Source: the human T2T-CHM13v2.0 reference genome, Homo sapiens | Length of the DNA: 64,000 nucleotides | Reading direction: 5' to 3' (one strand) | NCBI RefSeq assembly: GCF_009914755.1 | Contig: NC_060925.1 | In this document: piece after piece, positions 15,440-35,399 of the stretch | How positions within the stretch are numbered: position 1 is the stretch's first letter | Layout of the letters: the number at the start of each line of letters is the position of its first letter | The notes under the pieces: generated by a model | What the model was told of the DNA's origin: nothing | What the model saw: the letters and a program-made list of their open reading frames with translations, nothing else | The model's database searches: none | Made by a program: the position numbers and the translations under genes

Positions 15440-16015
15440 AAAAAATCAACCTTGTTAATATAAAGGGTAATCACTTAAAAAGCACACCTAAGAATTAGTA
15501 TCTCAAATTGTTGTGTAGCCGCCACCACCATCCAACTTCAGAACCTTTTTGTCACCCCAAACTAAAGCTCTGTGCCCATTAATCAATAACTTCACATCTC
15601 CCCCTCCTGGAAACTACCGTTCTGCTTTCTGCCTTAATGAGTTTGAGCACTCTAGGTACTTCAGATAAGTGGAGTCATACAATAATTTGTCTTGTGTCTG
15701 ACTTATTTCACTTAGTATAATGTCTTCAAGGTTCATCTACCCTATAAGAATGTGTCAGAATTTCCTTCCTTTTCAAGGCTAAGTAATATACCATTGTATG
15801 TGTATGCCGCATTTTGTTTATCCATCTGTTGATGGACATTTGGGCTGTTTCCACCTTCTGTCTATTGTGAATAATGCTACTGTGAACACTGGTGTGTAAG
15901 TATCTGTTCGAGTTCCCACTTACAATACTTTTAGTTATTTACTCAGAAGTGGAATTGCTAGATCATATGGTAATTTGATGTGTAACTTTATGAGGAACTA
16001 CGATACTGGTTTCCA
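15440..16015 (-). mobile_element. L1MB-type 3' fragment
   Basis: ATGGACATTTGGGCTGTTTCCAC, GTGGAATTGCTAGATCATATGG. Confidence 0.8.
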
Positions 16016-16239
16016 AAGAAGATACTATTATTATCACCATGTGGCAAGTGGGGAGACTTGGGCACAGAGAGGTTAAGTAACTTGCCCAAGGTCTCACAGC
16101 TAGTACATGGTAAAGCCAATGGTGGCTGGCTCCAGGTCAGTGCTCTTAACCAGCAATATATACATACTTACTGGCCTCTTTTGTAATCTCTGTTATAATT
16201 ATGTTTTCCTATTTGGGGAAGATTGACATCATTTGGAGG

Positions 16240-17185
16240 TTTTTTTTGAGATGGGGTTTTGCTCTGTTGAGCAGGCTAGGGTGCAGTGGTGGAATTATGG
16301 CTTACTGCAGCCTTGACCTCCTGGGCTCAAGTGATCCTTCCACCTCAGCCTCCCAAGTGGCTGGGACTACAGGCATGTGCCACCATGCCCAGCTAAATTT
16401 AAATTTTAGAATTTTAACTTTTTTGTAGAGACAGGATCTCACTATGTTGCCCAGGCTAGTCTTGAACTCCTGGCCTCAAGCAATCCTCCCCCCTCAGCCT
16501 CCCAAAATGCTGGGATTACAGGTGTGAACTACCGCCTGTTTTGTTTTGTTTTTAGAGGCAGGGTCTCCCTATGTTGTCAGGCTAGACTTGAACTCCTGGG
16601 CCCAAGCTATTAGCTTGCTGAGTAGCTGGGACTATAGGCATGTGCCACCATTGGTGGCTTCGAGTTTTGAGAATTGGTCTAAATCAAACAATATTTTACT
16701 CGTAGAGTATTTCCTTCTTGGATTGATTTTTTTGTTTGTTTGTTTCTGAGATGGGGTCTTACTGTGTGGCCCTGGCTAGTCTCAAACTCCTGGGCTTAAG
16801 TGATCCTCCTGCCTTAGCCTCTGGAGCAGCTGGGACTATAGGTGTGAGCCATGGTGCCCAGCTTTGGATTGATTTTTTTTTTACATGACAAAATTGTTAT
16901 AGTTCTCACTCTTAAATATTTTTTAGAATAGTTCTAGATGAGTATACAGGAAACTCTTTAGGAATTTGTATTCTACAAAACAAAATGAAAAACAAAAGTA
17001 TACTGACACAGTGTATCAGTAACAAATAGCCTGACTCTCAAAGTACTCTCATTACAAAACTTAGAATGATACTTTTTTTTTTTTTTAAAGATGGTATGTT
17101 ACCCAGTCTCAAACTCCTGGGCTCAAGTGATCTTCCCACCTCAGCCTCCTGAGTAGCGGGGACTATAGGCATGTACCACCAAACT
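16240..17185 (-). mobile_element. Cluster: AluJ 16240-16536 plus FLAM monomers 16538-16657, 16730-16862 and 17070-17185
   Basis: Alu/FLAM consensus, reverse. Confidence 0.85.
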
Positions 17186-17394
17186 CAGTGAATTATATGT
17201 TTTAAAAGGATATTTTTTATATTGGCCATTTCTCTAACATTTCCCAAAACTGCATGCTTTTGGCATCTGTGCTATAAACTTAGACCAAAGTAGCTTCAGA
17301 AATACAGTAGAAGCTCCCCTTAACGTGTGTGCCAGATTAACATAAAACAGACATTTCCTTTCTAAGACATGCTTATTCTAAGGGCACGCAGAAT

Positions 17395-18003
17395 ACCTTT
17401 TGCCATTCATTAAGTATGATGTTAGTTGTGAGTTTTTCATAAATACCTTTTATCCTGATGAGGAAGTTCACTTCTATTCCTAGTTTTCTTTTAAACAATA
17501 ACCTTAAGAAGTATTTTTTAATTGACACATAATAATTGTACATATTTATGGAGCACAGTGTGACATTTTGATATGTACACATAATGTGCTATGATCAAAT
17601 CACTATTCCTAGTTTTCCGAGTGTTTTTATAATGAAAAGATGTTATGTATTGTCAAATACTTGTTCTGTGTCTATTGAGATGACATGGTTTTTTTGCTCC
17701 TCTTCGTTCTATTAATGTGGTGTATTATGGTGATTGGTTTTCATATGTTCATTCTCGGGAGAAATCCCATTTGGTCATAGTGGATAATCCCCCATAAAGT
17801 GGCTGGATTATGTTTTCAAGTGTTTTGTTGAGGATTTTGCATTTATATTTATAATGGATGTTGGTTTGTAGTTTTCTTCTTATGTCTCAGTTTTGTTTTT
17901 TTTTTAAATCATGTTAATACTGGCCTTATAGAATGAGTTGGGCAGTGCTTCCGTCTCTTCAATTTTTGGGAAGATTTTGTGAAGGATTGGTAGATTGGTA
18001 TTA
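17395..18003 (-). mobile_element. L1M ORF2-region fragment containing a short TSD-flanked L1MA 3' end (~17489-17602)
   Basis: TSD CTATTCCTAGTTTT. Confidence 0.7.
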
Positions 18004-18004
18004 A

Positions 18005-18291
18005 TTTTTTTTTTTTTAGACGGAGCCTCACTCTGTCACCCAGGCTGGAGTGTGGTGGTGTGATCTCGGCTCACTGTAACCTCTGCCTCCCAGGTTCAAG
18101 TTTTTCTCATGCCTCAGCCTCCTGAGTAGCTGGGATTACAGGCGCACACCACCACACCTGGCTAATTTTTGTTAGAGACGGGATTTCAACGTGTTGGTCA
18201 GGCTGGCCTTGAACTCCTGGCCTTGAGTGATCTGCCTGCCTCGGCCTCCCAAAGTGCTGGGATTACAGGCGTGAGCCACTGGCACCCGGCC
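18005..18291 (-). mobile_element. AluS
   Basis: Full length. Confidence 0.92.
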
Positions 18292-18299
18292 TTATTGAG

Positions 18300-18950
18300 T
18301 TTTTAGTAGGTTTACAGGTACTATCAGAGTTATTCTCAAGGTGTTTACAGTATGGAAAGCGAGACAAATAAGTAAACTGCTAATTATAATACGGTTTGAT
18401 AGACTATTATGATAGAGATAGCATGTATGCTACATGATTACATAGGAGGGTACTTAACAAAAAAGAGAAGGGAAGCCTTCAAAAGGTCAGTTACTCTTAA
18501 ACGTGAGTGACGAATGGGAGATAGCCAGGAAGGAGGAGAGCAATATTCCAGGCAGGAGTGTCCGTCACAAAGGCGGAGGGCAATATTCCAGGCAGGAGTG
18601 TCCATCACAAAGGCACTGGGAAAAAGCATTATCACTGGGACACTACAGAGACTTCCTGCCTAGTGCATCTGTGTGGAAAAGTGTGAAGAGATCACATTTT
18701 TGAGATAGGTAGGAGCCTAAGTTCATAAAGGGCTTTGTGCGCCTGGTTAAGGAGTCTGAATGTTAGTTTGAAAGGCCTTGCGAACCATTGGAGGATTTTA
18801 AACCAGACGGTCAAATTACTAAATTTGCATTTTAGATCATCCTAGCAAAATGTGGATTATGGTTTGATGGGTGGAATGGGAAGTGAGAGAAAGGAGACTA
18901 AAGGCAGAAAGGCAGGAAGTGACTACATTAATTTAGCTGGAAGTGATGAG
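18300..18950 (-). mobile_element. L2 fragment
   Basis: ATTCCAGGCAG, CCATTGGAGGATTTTAA, TTTGCATTTTAGA L2 motifs. Confidence 0.65.
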
Positions 18951-18954
18951 TGTT

Positions 18955-19619
18955 TATTTATTTATTTATTTTTGAGACAGAGTCTCGCTCTGCCTCCCAG
19001 CCTGGAGTGCAATGGTGCGATCTCCACTTACTGCAACCTCCACCTCCCATGTTCAAGTGATCCTCCTGCCTCAGCCTGTGATTACAGGCGCATGCCACCA
19101 CACCCAGCTAATTTTTTTTTGTATTTTTAGTAGAGGTGGGGTTTTATCATGTTGGCCAGGCTGGTTTCAAACTCCTGATGTCAAGTGATCCACCCACCTA
19201 GGCCTCCCAAAGTGCTGGGATTGTAATCTAATCGTAAGCAATGACAATGGAAATGGAAGGGAAAGAACAGAGTTCAGAAGGGTTTATAAGTAGATGGCCG
19301 GGTGCACTGGCTCACGCCTGTAATCCCAGCACTTTGGGAGGCTGAGATGTGTGGATTGCTTGAGCTCAGAAGTTTGAGACCAGCCTGGGCAGCATGGCAA
19401 AAACCTGTCTCTACTAAAAACACAAAAATTAGCTGGGCATGGTGGCACAGGCCTGCAGTCCTAGCTACTTGGGGAGCTGAGGTGGGAGGATCGCTTGAAC
19501 CCAGGAGGTGGAGGTTGCAGTGATCTGGGATTGCGCCAGTGAATTCCAGCCTGGGCAACAGAGCAAGACTCTGTCTCAAAAACAAACAAACAACAACAAC
19601 AACAACAACAACAACAAAA
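18955..19619. mobile_element. Head-to-head AluS pair: 18955-19225(-) and 19296-19619(+, (CAA)n tail)
   Basis: Alu consensus. Confidence 0.9.
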
Positions 19620-19809
19620 CCCCAGAAAGGTTGAAAGGTGTTGATGATCAAATAGAATTAGGAAGATGAATTTGTTAGAATGAGAAATTTGGAGGACTGT
19701 GATCAGGGAATCAGTAGAAGATAGCAGTGAGAAGGAATAGTAGATTATGTGTCCTCAAGTGATGAACCTTAATAGAGTAGTAGTTTTTAATATGAAGTTG
19801 AAACAAGGA

Positions 19810-20320
19810 TGCTCCCAGACAAGTCCAGGTTGTGGGCTATTCTGTATGATGCTATAAAGCCTGGTCTCTTCAACAAGCTAATTTCATGTGTGTGGGGAGG
19901 GGTGGGGAAGGATGGAGGACTGTTTTAGTTTCAAAGAGAACAAAATAATATGTAACAGCCAAATGCAGTACATAATCTTTGATTGGATTTTAGTATGAAA
20001 AAAATACCTATGAGACATTTAGGGACAGATGGAGACATTTGAATATGGAATAGATATTAGATGATCTTAGTGAATTTTTGTTAATTTTTAAAGATGTCAT
20101 AATAGCATTGGGATTATGCAGGAGAATGTCTTTATTTTTAGGAGATATGCTGAAGTATTTAGGGATGAATTATTCTGATGTCTGCAATTGACTTAGAGAC
20201 AGACAGACATGGAAAGAGGAGTCAAAAAATGGCAAAATATTAACAATAGTTTAGGCGGTGGGTATAGAGTTGCTTGTAACACTAAGCTTTCAACTTTTCT
20301 GTGTGTTTGAAAATTTCCTT
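19810..20320 (+). mobile_element. L1MC/L1ME 3' end
   Basis: CCAAATGCAGTAC...GATTGGATT...GCTGAAGTATTTAGGGATGAA. Confidence 0.65.
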
Positions 20321-20528
20321 CATTAGAGAAGCTGGCAAAAAATATGGCAGATTAGGAGTATGGGGCTATGAGTAGCAATGGGGAGCTCTCTATTGCTAAC
20401 CTTCCCCAAGTCCCTGAGATTTAGTAAGCCACGGGAGAATGAGCAGCCAGTTCTGAAAGGGACTTCAAGATGAGTAATGACTTTGGGGTAGTGCTTCTCA
20501 GCTTTTATCACTTTAAAACCTAAACATT

Positions 20529-20842
20529 GGCCAGGCTCAGTGGCTCACGTGTGTAATCCCAGGACTTTGAGAGGCCAACGTGGGAGGATTGCTTGAGGCC
20601 AGGAGTTCAAAACCAGCCTGGTCAGCACAGAGTGACCTTGTCTCTACAAATGAAAACAAAAATTAAAAAAAATTAGCCAGGCATGGTGGTCTGTGCCTGT
20701 AGTTCCAGCTACTCAGGTGGCTGAGGCGGGAGGATTGCGTGAGCCTGGGAGTTTGATGCTACAGTGAGCCATGGTCTCACCACAGCACTTCAGCCTGGGA
20801 CAGAGCACGACTCTGTCTCAAAAACAAAGAAACAAACAAAAA
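20529..20842 (+). mobile_element. AluJ
   Basis: Full length. Confidence 0.9.
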
Positions 20843-21317
20843 CCCTGAGCATGGAAAATAATATTTGTGTGGCACACAATATCTGGTAAAACTAGATGAG
20901 CTTTGGGACTCTACATGAGGCTTGATTATTAAAAAAATCATTATGTTAAAAAATTTTGTTATGTATTTCATTATGTAAAAAAATTTATAAGAAAATAAAA
21001 CAGAGCATTAGGAAATTTTAAAATGATGACCCTTTTTTAAAAGTTCCAAATGTATTTAAAATGTTAAAGGTGGAACTTGAGCTTGCTTCCCAACGTGTTA
21101 CTTTTTAATATCAAACTTTTTGCTTGAAATAGTTGTACTCAATTCCTGATTTTAAAAAATCTTTAATATGAGCTCTTCAATTTTTGATCATTTACTACCA
21201 ATGAGTAACTGTTCATGCAGAAATGTAAAAGCATTTTTCCCAACCATTAAAAAATCAAAATATGAACTAGGCCCCTACCTATCTCAAAAATGTGATCTCT
21301 TAACATGTTCTCACACT

Positions 21318-22810
<1,493 letters not shown>

Positions 22811-23256
22811 TCTCATGCATGTGTGTTTAGGGCCGCACAACAAGCTTGGCTGCTACTGAAAGGACATATCAGTTACGGAGGCATGGAAGTAGCCCATAGT
22901 ATGTGAAGATAAAGATTTGGGACTGCTTCCTAGAGCCATGAGCCCTGTCAGTTTGAAGTAGTTGCACACTGGAATGAACACTATGCTCTTTGGGCACCTG
23001 GAACAGAAACTTCTCCAGGAGCTCTCTACTGGGTAATGGTGCATTCTGTATCTGGCCTCTGAAGGAGAAGACCACATGATATGTCACACACTTGGCAATG
23101 GGGAGCAGTGGGTGCCTGATGGCATTTGTTGTGGTTGTCGCTGTGCAGAACAGGAGGCCTGCCATCGGAGCCTGTCGTGCCCTGGTCCCCCTGTGGGAAG
23201 CTCTGGAATAGACTGCTTTCTGGGGCCTGACTTCATCTGGCCACACTGAGAGATGA

Positions 23257-24281
<1,025 letters not shown>

Positions 24282-26034
24282 GTATTGCAATGTCCAGTGG
24301 GTAAGGATTCCTGAGTTAGGGTAGTCCTAGATTTCAGTTAAGGCATTAATTATTCCTGATAGATGATAATTTGAAAAAAGAGACTCGATGATCAAGTGAC
24401 TTTGGGAAATGCTGTGTTGAACAAAGTTAAGTTTCATGATTGTAGAACATTCCAAAGACTTTAATATACTAATACACACTATAAATGACCATATAGAACT
24501 ACATATAAATATTATATATAAACCATAATATTCAGAGTTTTCCAGACATTTTTGATCACTGAAGCCTTTTATTGAGAAGCTCTGGCTGGGCGCAGTGGCT
24601 CATGCCTGTAATCCCAGCACTTTGGGAGGTCACGGGAGGTGGATCACGAGGTCAGGAGTTCAAGAGAAGCACCTTGAGGAATGAGTGTTAAACAGAACAC
24701 AGTTTAGAAAATATATTGATAAGAAGTTATTAAAAATTCATGCCTTGCAGGCTGTAAATGCACTTTAATCAGAGTGCCATTTGTTTTGTTCAAATGTTTT
24801 AAATTATTGGAATGCACACTTTTTAAAATATGCAAATAAAGTTTGGAAACTAAAAAATAAAGTTAGTGCCTGTTCTTTAGAGATGGAAGGATAAAATTAT
24901 AAATTATAAGTTTTACCTATTTCAAAACAAAAGTCAGCATTATACTTATTGGTAAAAGACTAGTGTTCTAGATTATTAATAATAATAATTATATTTTTAT
25001 AAAATGGATTATTATCACTTTATGCATTAATGTTGCTTTGGTAGTGCTGGCCAGTGCCATGAGTCATGACAGAGAAATAAGATACAATAAGAAGATAATA
25101 CAAAAAGTATTATTAGAAAATATAAAATAATCAACTGAAAGATTTTAATTAATACATTTTTCAGGAAATATATAATCAATAGCAAAAATTCAATTTTTAC
25201 CTCAAACACTTGAAATTACAGGGCTCGAAAAAATATTTCATCACAATATCTACAAAACCCATAAAATACTCAGGCATCATCTTCTTGGAGGATTGTGTGT
25301 GACTTACATGACGAACCTCAAAATATGTAATATTTAATTTAGAGATCTATAAGGGATATATATATCTAAATATACACCTCTTAGATGTGAAAACTATTCT
25401 AAAATGTTAATTCTCAATGTATAGCTGATTGCAATAGCAATAAAACTTTCAATGGTATTTCATTTGGAATTTCTAAATTGTATATGGATTTCTGTATTTC
25501 CTTTGGAATAATAAATTGGTATTGATGAACATTCCTAAAAAGAGGCTAATAGAGTGGCAATAAATAAAATGCTATGGTAATGGCACAAGACTAGAAATGC
25601 AAATCAGAATAGAATTAACAGAATGGACAATTGATAGAATTAATCTCAATCACATAAAAGATGATAATACACGATAAAGTGCAAGGAATCAAGCACCTGG
25701 TAAAGTAGGAAAAGCTAATCTTTCACTTTGAATCACATCAAAATAAACTTCAGATGAATTACTCAGTGTGTTGTCCAGTGTCAAAAACAAAAAACAAAGA
25801 ACAAACAAACAAAAAAACCACAGTAAATCTATCTGTAAATTGTTGAAGAAAATAGAATTAAGTATTTGCCAGACCTCGAGAAAAAGGGTGATTTTTCTTT
25901 GTCTCTCTCTTGGGCCTTTCAAAGGATAAGTTTCTCAACTTTACAGTATGAGAAGAAATCTCAACAGATGTGACTACCTAAAAATAAAGGATAATGTACT
26001 TTTAAAATGACCTTAAATTTAAAAACCAAACATC

Positions 26035-26100
26035 AGCTTTGTGCAGTGGCAGTGTCGTAACCAGAGAGATTTTCCCAAGATACTGTTATGGCTAATAAGA
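26035..26100 (+). pseudogene. U4 snRNA pseudogene, 3'-truncated (U4 nt 1 to ~66)
   Basis: AGCTTTGTGCAGTGGCAGTGTCGTAACCA...TTATGGCTAAT versus U4 AGCTTTGCGCAGTGGCAGTATCGTAGCCA...TTATTGCTAAT. Confidence 0.85.
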
Positions 26101-26386
26101 ACCTTGCTAGTTCAACTGTGTTCAACTCGTTGAATTTCAGTGAGATAAGGCAAATATACAAAGGTGAATTGGGCAGGATTGTTCAATAAAGAATTGATTA
26201 TTGATTATAATAATGAAAAATCAGAAACTAAACATCCACAATTGGAGGGTTGATTAAATACATTTTGATAAAGCTCTATAATGGAATATCAGGCAGTCAC
26301 TAAAAATAATAAGGTAATGAATATTTATTGAGAATGAAAGATCCAATTTATTGCTGAGTGAGAAATTAGATTAGAGAACAACATTA

Positions 26387-26763
<377 letters not shown>

Positions 26764-27291
26764 TTAACTTAAACTTTCATCTGTGTCTTTTTCCTCCAGT
26801 AATTGTGTATGATTTTGATCATCAGAAAGGAAATGGAGCTGTTTTCATTTTAGAAAAACAAGTTCAAACAACTGACCTGGAAAATTGTTTGCAGTAACTT
26901 CGACATAGGGTTAAGTCTTTATTATTCAAACAGGTCATGCAAATTGTAAAGAAATAATTGAAGATCCCAGTAGGGTTGAGCAGAGAACATGAATAGACAA
27001 TTCATAACATAGAAAACAGAGATGGTAAACAAACATATGGATCATTATTCAGATTCATTTGTAATCAAAGCAGTGTAAATTTAAATAATGAGGTAATATT
27101 TATTTGTTGTTAAATTAGCAAAAGTTTATTGCTGTGTTATAATAAAGAAAAAATAATATCAATAAATTATGGTGTATTATTTTGGTACCATTAAAAATGG
27201 AAGGTTGTGTAAATTATGTTGCAACCTGGAAAAATATAACATTTACGTGAAGTAATTAAGGAGTTAAGATTTTATACTGTAAGTACTAACA

Positions 27292-27337
27292 GGTGGGATG
27301 GGGTGGAGTGAGGTGAGGTGGGGTGGGGTGTGGGGGG
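27292..27337 (+). repeat. G-rich (GGGGT)n-like tract
   Basis: GGTGGGATGGGGTGGAGTGAGGTGAGGTGGGGTGGGGTGTGGGGGG. Confidence 0.8.
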
Positions 27338-27959
27338 AGAAGAGCAGGATTGTTCAAATGAGGAAGATCTGAGTTCAGTCCAGCTCTGCCACTCAATAAC
27401 TCTGTGATCTTGGGCAAGGTGCTTAGCCTCTCTGAGCTTTGGTTTCTTTTTTTCTCTACGGTTGTAAAAGTATATACAGTACCTGACGTAGAACCTGGTG
27501 TATAGTGTTTATTCAGTACATATTTGTTGAGTGAGTGAATGGTAGTTATTCAATGCCATATATAAAAGAATATGTATGAAGAAAGATTGGAAGAAAATAC
27601 AGCAAAATGATGAGTAGTTATGTTAGGGGGAAGAGAATTTGACTGATTTTAAAATTTCCTATTTTCTACTATTGGGTGGTATTATATTTCTAATTGAAAT
27701 AATTACCTAAACTCATGCCTAATCTCTTTCTTTCTGGGTGTCCTACTGTATTTACTGTTTGATACATTTTGACACCTTTTTCTTTTCTTTGAGACAAGGT
27801 CTGGTTCTGTCGCCAGGCTGGCGTGCAGTAGTGTGATCATGGCTCACTGCAGCCTCGACCTGCTGACCTCAAGCAATCCTCCTGCCTGGGCCTACCAAAC
27901 TGCTATAGGCATGAGCTCCCATGCTTAGCACAATTTAGAGACTTAATTACATTATTGTC

Positions 27960-29350
<1,391 letters not shown>

Positions 29351-29895
29351 ATGAGTGTTTCATATATGTAAGTCATAGTCCAAAACTAGTTTGAAAGCTT
29401 TTTGAGTAAATGTCATGTTGGTTTTTATGCCTTTCTTCCCCCAACTCCACAAGCAAAGAATAAGGCAAGGTAGGCAGGGAACACTGTTGATAAGCAAACA
29501 GTATCTGTTTTTATTGGTTTCACTGTGCCTCTCAGGCTACGACTCTACCCAAAGGACTTGAGATAGAGAGGCCGCTGCTGGAAATATTCTGTCACCGTGA
29601 TTGGAGTGGTTGAGTGGTTCCATGAGTATATGCGTATGTAAACACTTAATTAAGCTGTGTATTTAAGATCAGTGCACCTTTACCATATGTATATTTTGCC
29701 TCAGAAAAAATGTTTACAAATACAGTGTATCCTTTGACATCTCCAGAGGAAGTTAAACATGCTAAATGATACATAAATATAAGGAGAGGGTTCTTCATAT
29801 GCTTACTTATTAAGATTGCTAGTCTGGTTATTAGAATTTTTGTTTTGAATTCAAAGCTAAAGTAAACTAATTTTTATTTACTTTGTCTTTTGCAG

Positions 29896-29980
29896 AGATA
29901 ATAGTAGCAGAATTTCACAAAAAAATCAAAGAGGCATTTGAAGTCTTTGACCATGAGTCGAATAATACAGTGGATGTGAG
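29896..29980 (+). CDS. EFCAB2: EFCAB2/DRC8 internal coding exon (first EF-hand), phase 1 to phase 2
   Basis: Branch-like CTAAT 29867-71, pyrimidine tract, TGCAG acceptor and GAG|GTGTGG donor. Translates (E)IIVAEFHKKIKEAFEVFDHESNNTVDV(R), an EF-hand helix-loop matching the recalled human EFCAB2 protein. Confidence 0.96.
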
Positions 29981-30532
29981 GTGTGGAAATATTTTTTTTT
30001 TTGTTACACTTTTAAATTACTGATACAAGTCATAAGATACAAGAGAGCTATTTTCTCTTTTTACACTGTACCTTGGATTTATTATGCTCTTTTAAGTATT
30101 TATTTTCCATGCTCCGTAAAAGGTCTTTGCTAGCTATTGCTTTGATAAGTACTGTTTCTTATTCTTCATACTCTGGTAGAAACAATATACTGTATTCTCA
30201 TTGCCTGTTCCAACCTATAAATTGTAAACTCTGTGACTGAGATGAACTCTATTTTAGCTTTAGTGCTTGGCACATAGTTGGTACTCAGGAAATAGTCGTT
30301 GAGTGAAGGAACAGCATTTGCTTTGTAAAACACATAAATATGTATTATAAGGCCACAAATAGGATATTGCAAGGAAACAGTAATGCTTATGCGATGACAC
30401 ACTCCCCCTGTAAAATAGCAAAAAGAACCCAAACAGAAGAACATAAAAAGGCAAGAGAAGACATGAATACTGGTAGGTCTGAAATGGAGGACACAGCTTG
30501 GGACTGAAACAAAACAAACAAAAAACCCCTTA

Positions 30533-31063
<531 letters not shown>

Positions 31064-32049
31064 TCAGAGCTGCAGCACCATACAGCTCCGGTGGCTGTGG
31101 TCACATTGCATTCTGTGGGAATGACATTGTGGAACACCAGGCCTTCCTGTGGGTATCCCAGTAGGAAATGAGTGGGCAGGGTGCTGGTGGTGGTGGTAGG
31201 GTTAGGGAGGGGGTGCAGCAGGCAGCCTGGCCTGCAATTTGAATAACTAACTACATGAATGACAAGTGCCTTGACCTCAGACCTCTCCTTGAAGGGTTCT
31301 CCTCCTGGGGGCGGGGGACAGAGGTATTGTTAGAGAAGTCAGGGAAAGTATGGCATTATGAGAGAGAGGGAAAAGAGAGAAAAGAAACCAGCATCTGCTT
31401 GAGGCTTGTCATCTAACACACTACGTGTAGTTGGGTGCCAGAGGCTTCACGTGGATTACCTCATTTTAATCTTTTTATTTATGGGTTAAGGGTTGGCATC
31501 TCCGGTTTCCAGAGACAAGGAGAAGGTAAATCGTTTGCTCCATGTCACACCAGGTTTCTCTAACGCCAAGTCTCTTGCTACACTGTGGGCATGCCACACT
31601 GCCCACACTCCCACTCCTACTCTTTAGAGACATCAGGGGCTTCTCTTCTGCCTTCAGGCTTCCTGACAGTAGCAGTGAAAAGAAAATCTCCCGATCACTG
31701 ACAGCAATGATGCCAGGCCTTTTTTGGTAAAAGGGCCAATTCAGTAAAAGAAAACGTGTTTATGGGCTGAATCTTTTTTTCCATTGAAAGTTAAAATAAC
31801 TTTACCGAGGCCCTGAGGGAAAGTGGATGTTCTTACAACCTAAAGAGTCTGCTTTGTTAATTAAAGATGGTTACTAAGAAAATTGTTATTGTTTTTAGCA
31901 TTAAAATATTGCTGCTGAGTATATTTGAGGAATAACAACATGGATGAATGTAGCTTTATAATTTTTCCTGTGTTAATTTGTATATCACTTTAAAGTTTAT
32001 AATGAATGTTCTCATGCTGCTGGTATCATTACCATCCACTCTTTTTAAA

Positions 32050-32635
<586 letters not shown>

Positions 32636-33137
32636 AAGTGTCTTTGAACGGAGGGAGAGATATGTAATGGCTCAGTGGGGGCAGGACAGAGAGAGCTGTT
32701 CCTGGAGACGCCCCCCGCCCCCAGGCACTGGCTGTTCCTCCCCTAACTGCTTTATCCCTCAGGTGGAGGTTTGGTGTTACTTCCTGTGTAGGGCTGATCT
32801 AGGTCCCCTGAGAGGTCTAGGTCTTAGAATTTTGTGGTGGCTACTTTCCCTTTCCCTTATCTCTGCTTTGCACAAATTGAAATATTTGATTTGAAATTGT
32901 ATTGCATTAGATAAAGGGAAAGTCTGGTATTGCAAATGCTGGGCAGCCACCAGCCCACTGTCAAAAGCATTATGAGCTGGGCTCCTGCTACTGCCCTTCC
33001 ACCTCTGAGGGGCAGTCCTGAGGTCTGGAATCAGACTTCCTGGGTTCCCATCCCAGCTCCGTGACTGCGAGTCACTTTGTTATTCTCTTTGTGCCTCCAT
33101 GTACCTTTGCCTCCTAGGTTTCATAGTATAAGTAATT

Positions 33138-33984
<847 letters not shown>

Positions 33985-34087
33985 ATTGTGAGTGGACATT
34001 TTTAAAGCTCTTAGAACAATATTAGCTTGGGATTTAAAGCTAAGAACAGTATTAGCTATTATAATTATTCTACTTTATATATATATA

Positions 34088-35116
<1,029 letters not shown>

Positions 35117-35344
35117 CACATTTTCATTTATATATATTTTCCTGCTCTGTGTTTAGAAGTTAAGAAGACTGATTGAAAATTAAATTTTTGAATAGATGAT
35201 ATATGTACATGGGATAAAATTCTAAAGGTAGAAATAATATATAGTGATAAATAAATCTCTTTTTTACCTATCCAGTTCCCCTTTCTAAAGGCAAAGTTTG
35301 TTACAGTTTTCTCTAATTCTTCCAGAGATTCTCCATGCAAATAT

Positions 35345-35399
35345 GTATGAGTATGCATGTGCATGTGCGTGTGCGTGTGTGTGTGTGTGCATGTGTGTA
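35345..35399. repeat. Imperfect (TG)n/(TGCG)n microsatellite
   Basis: Alternating purine-pyrimidine run. Confidence 0.85.
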
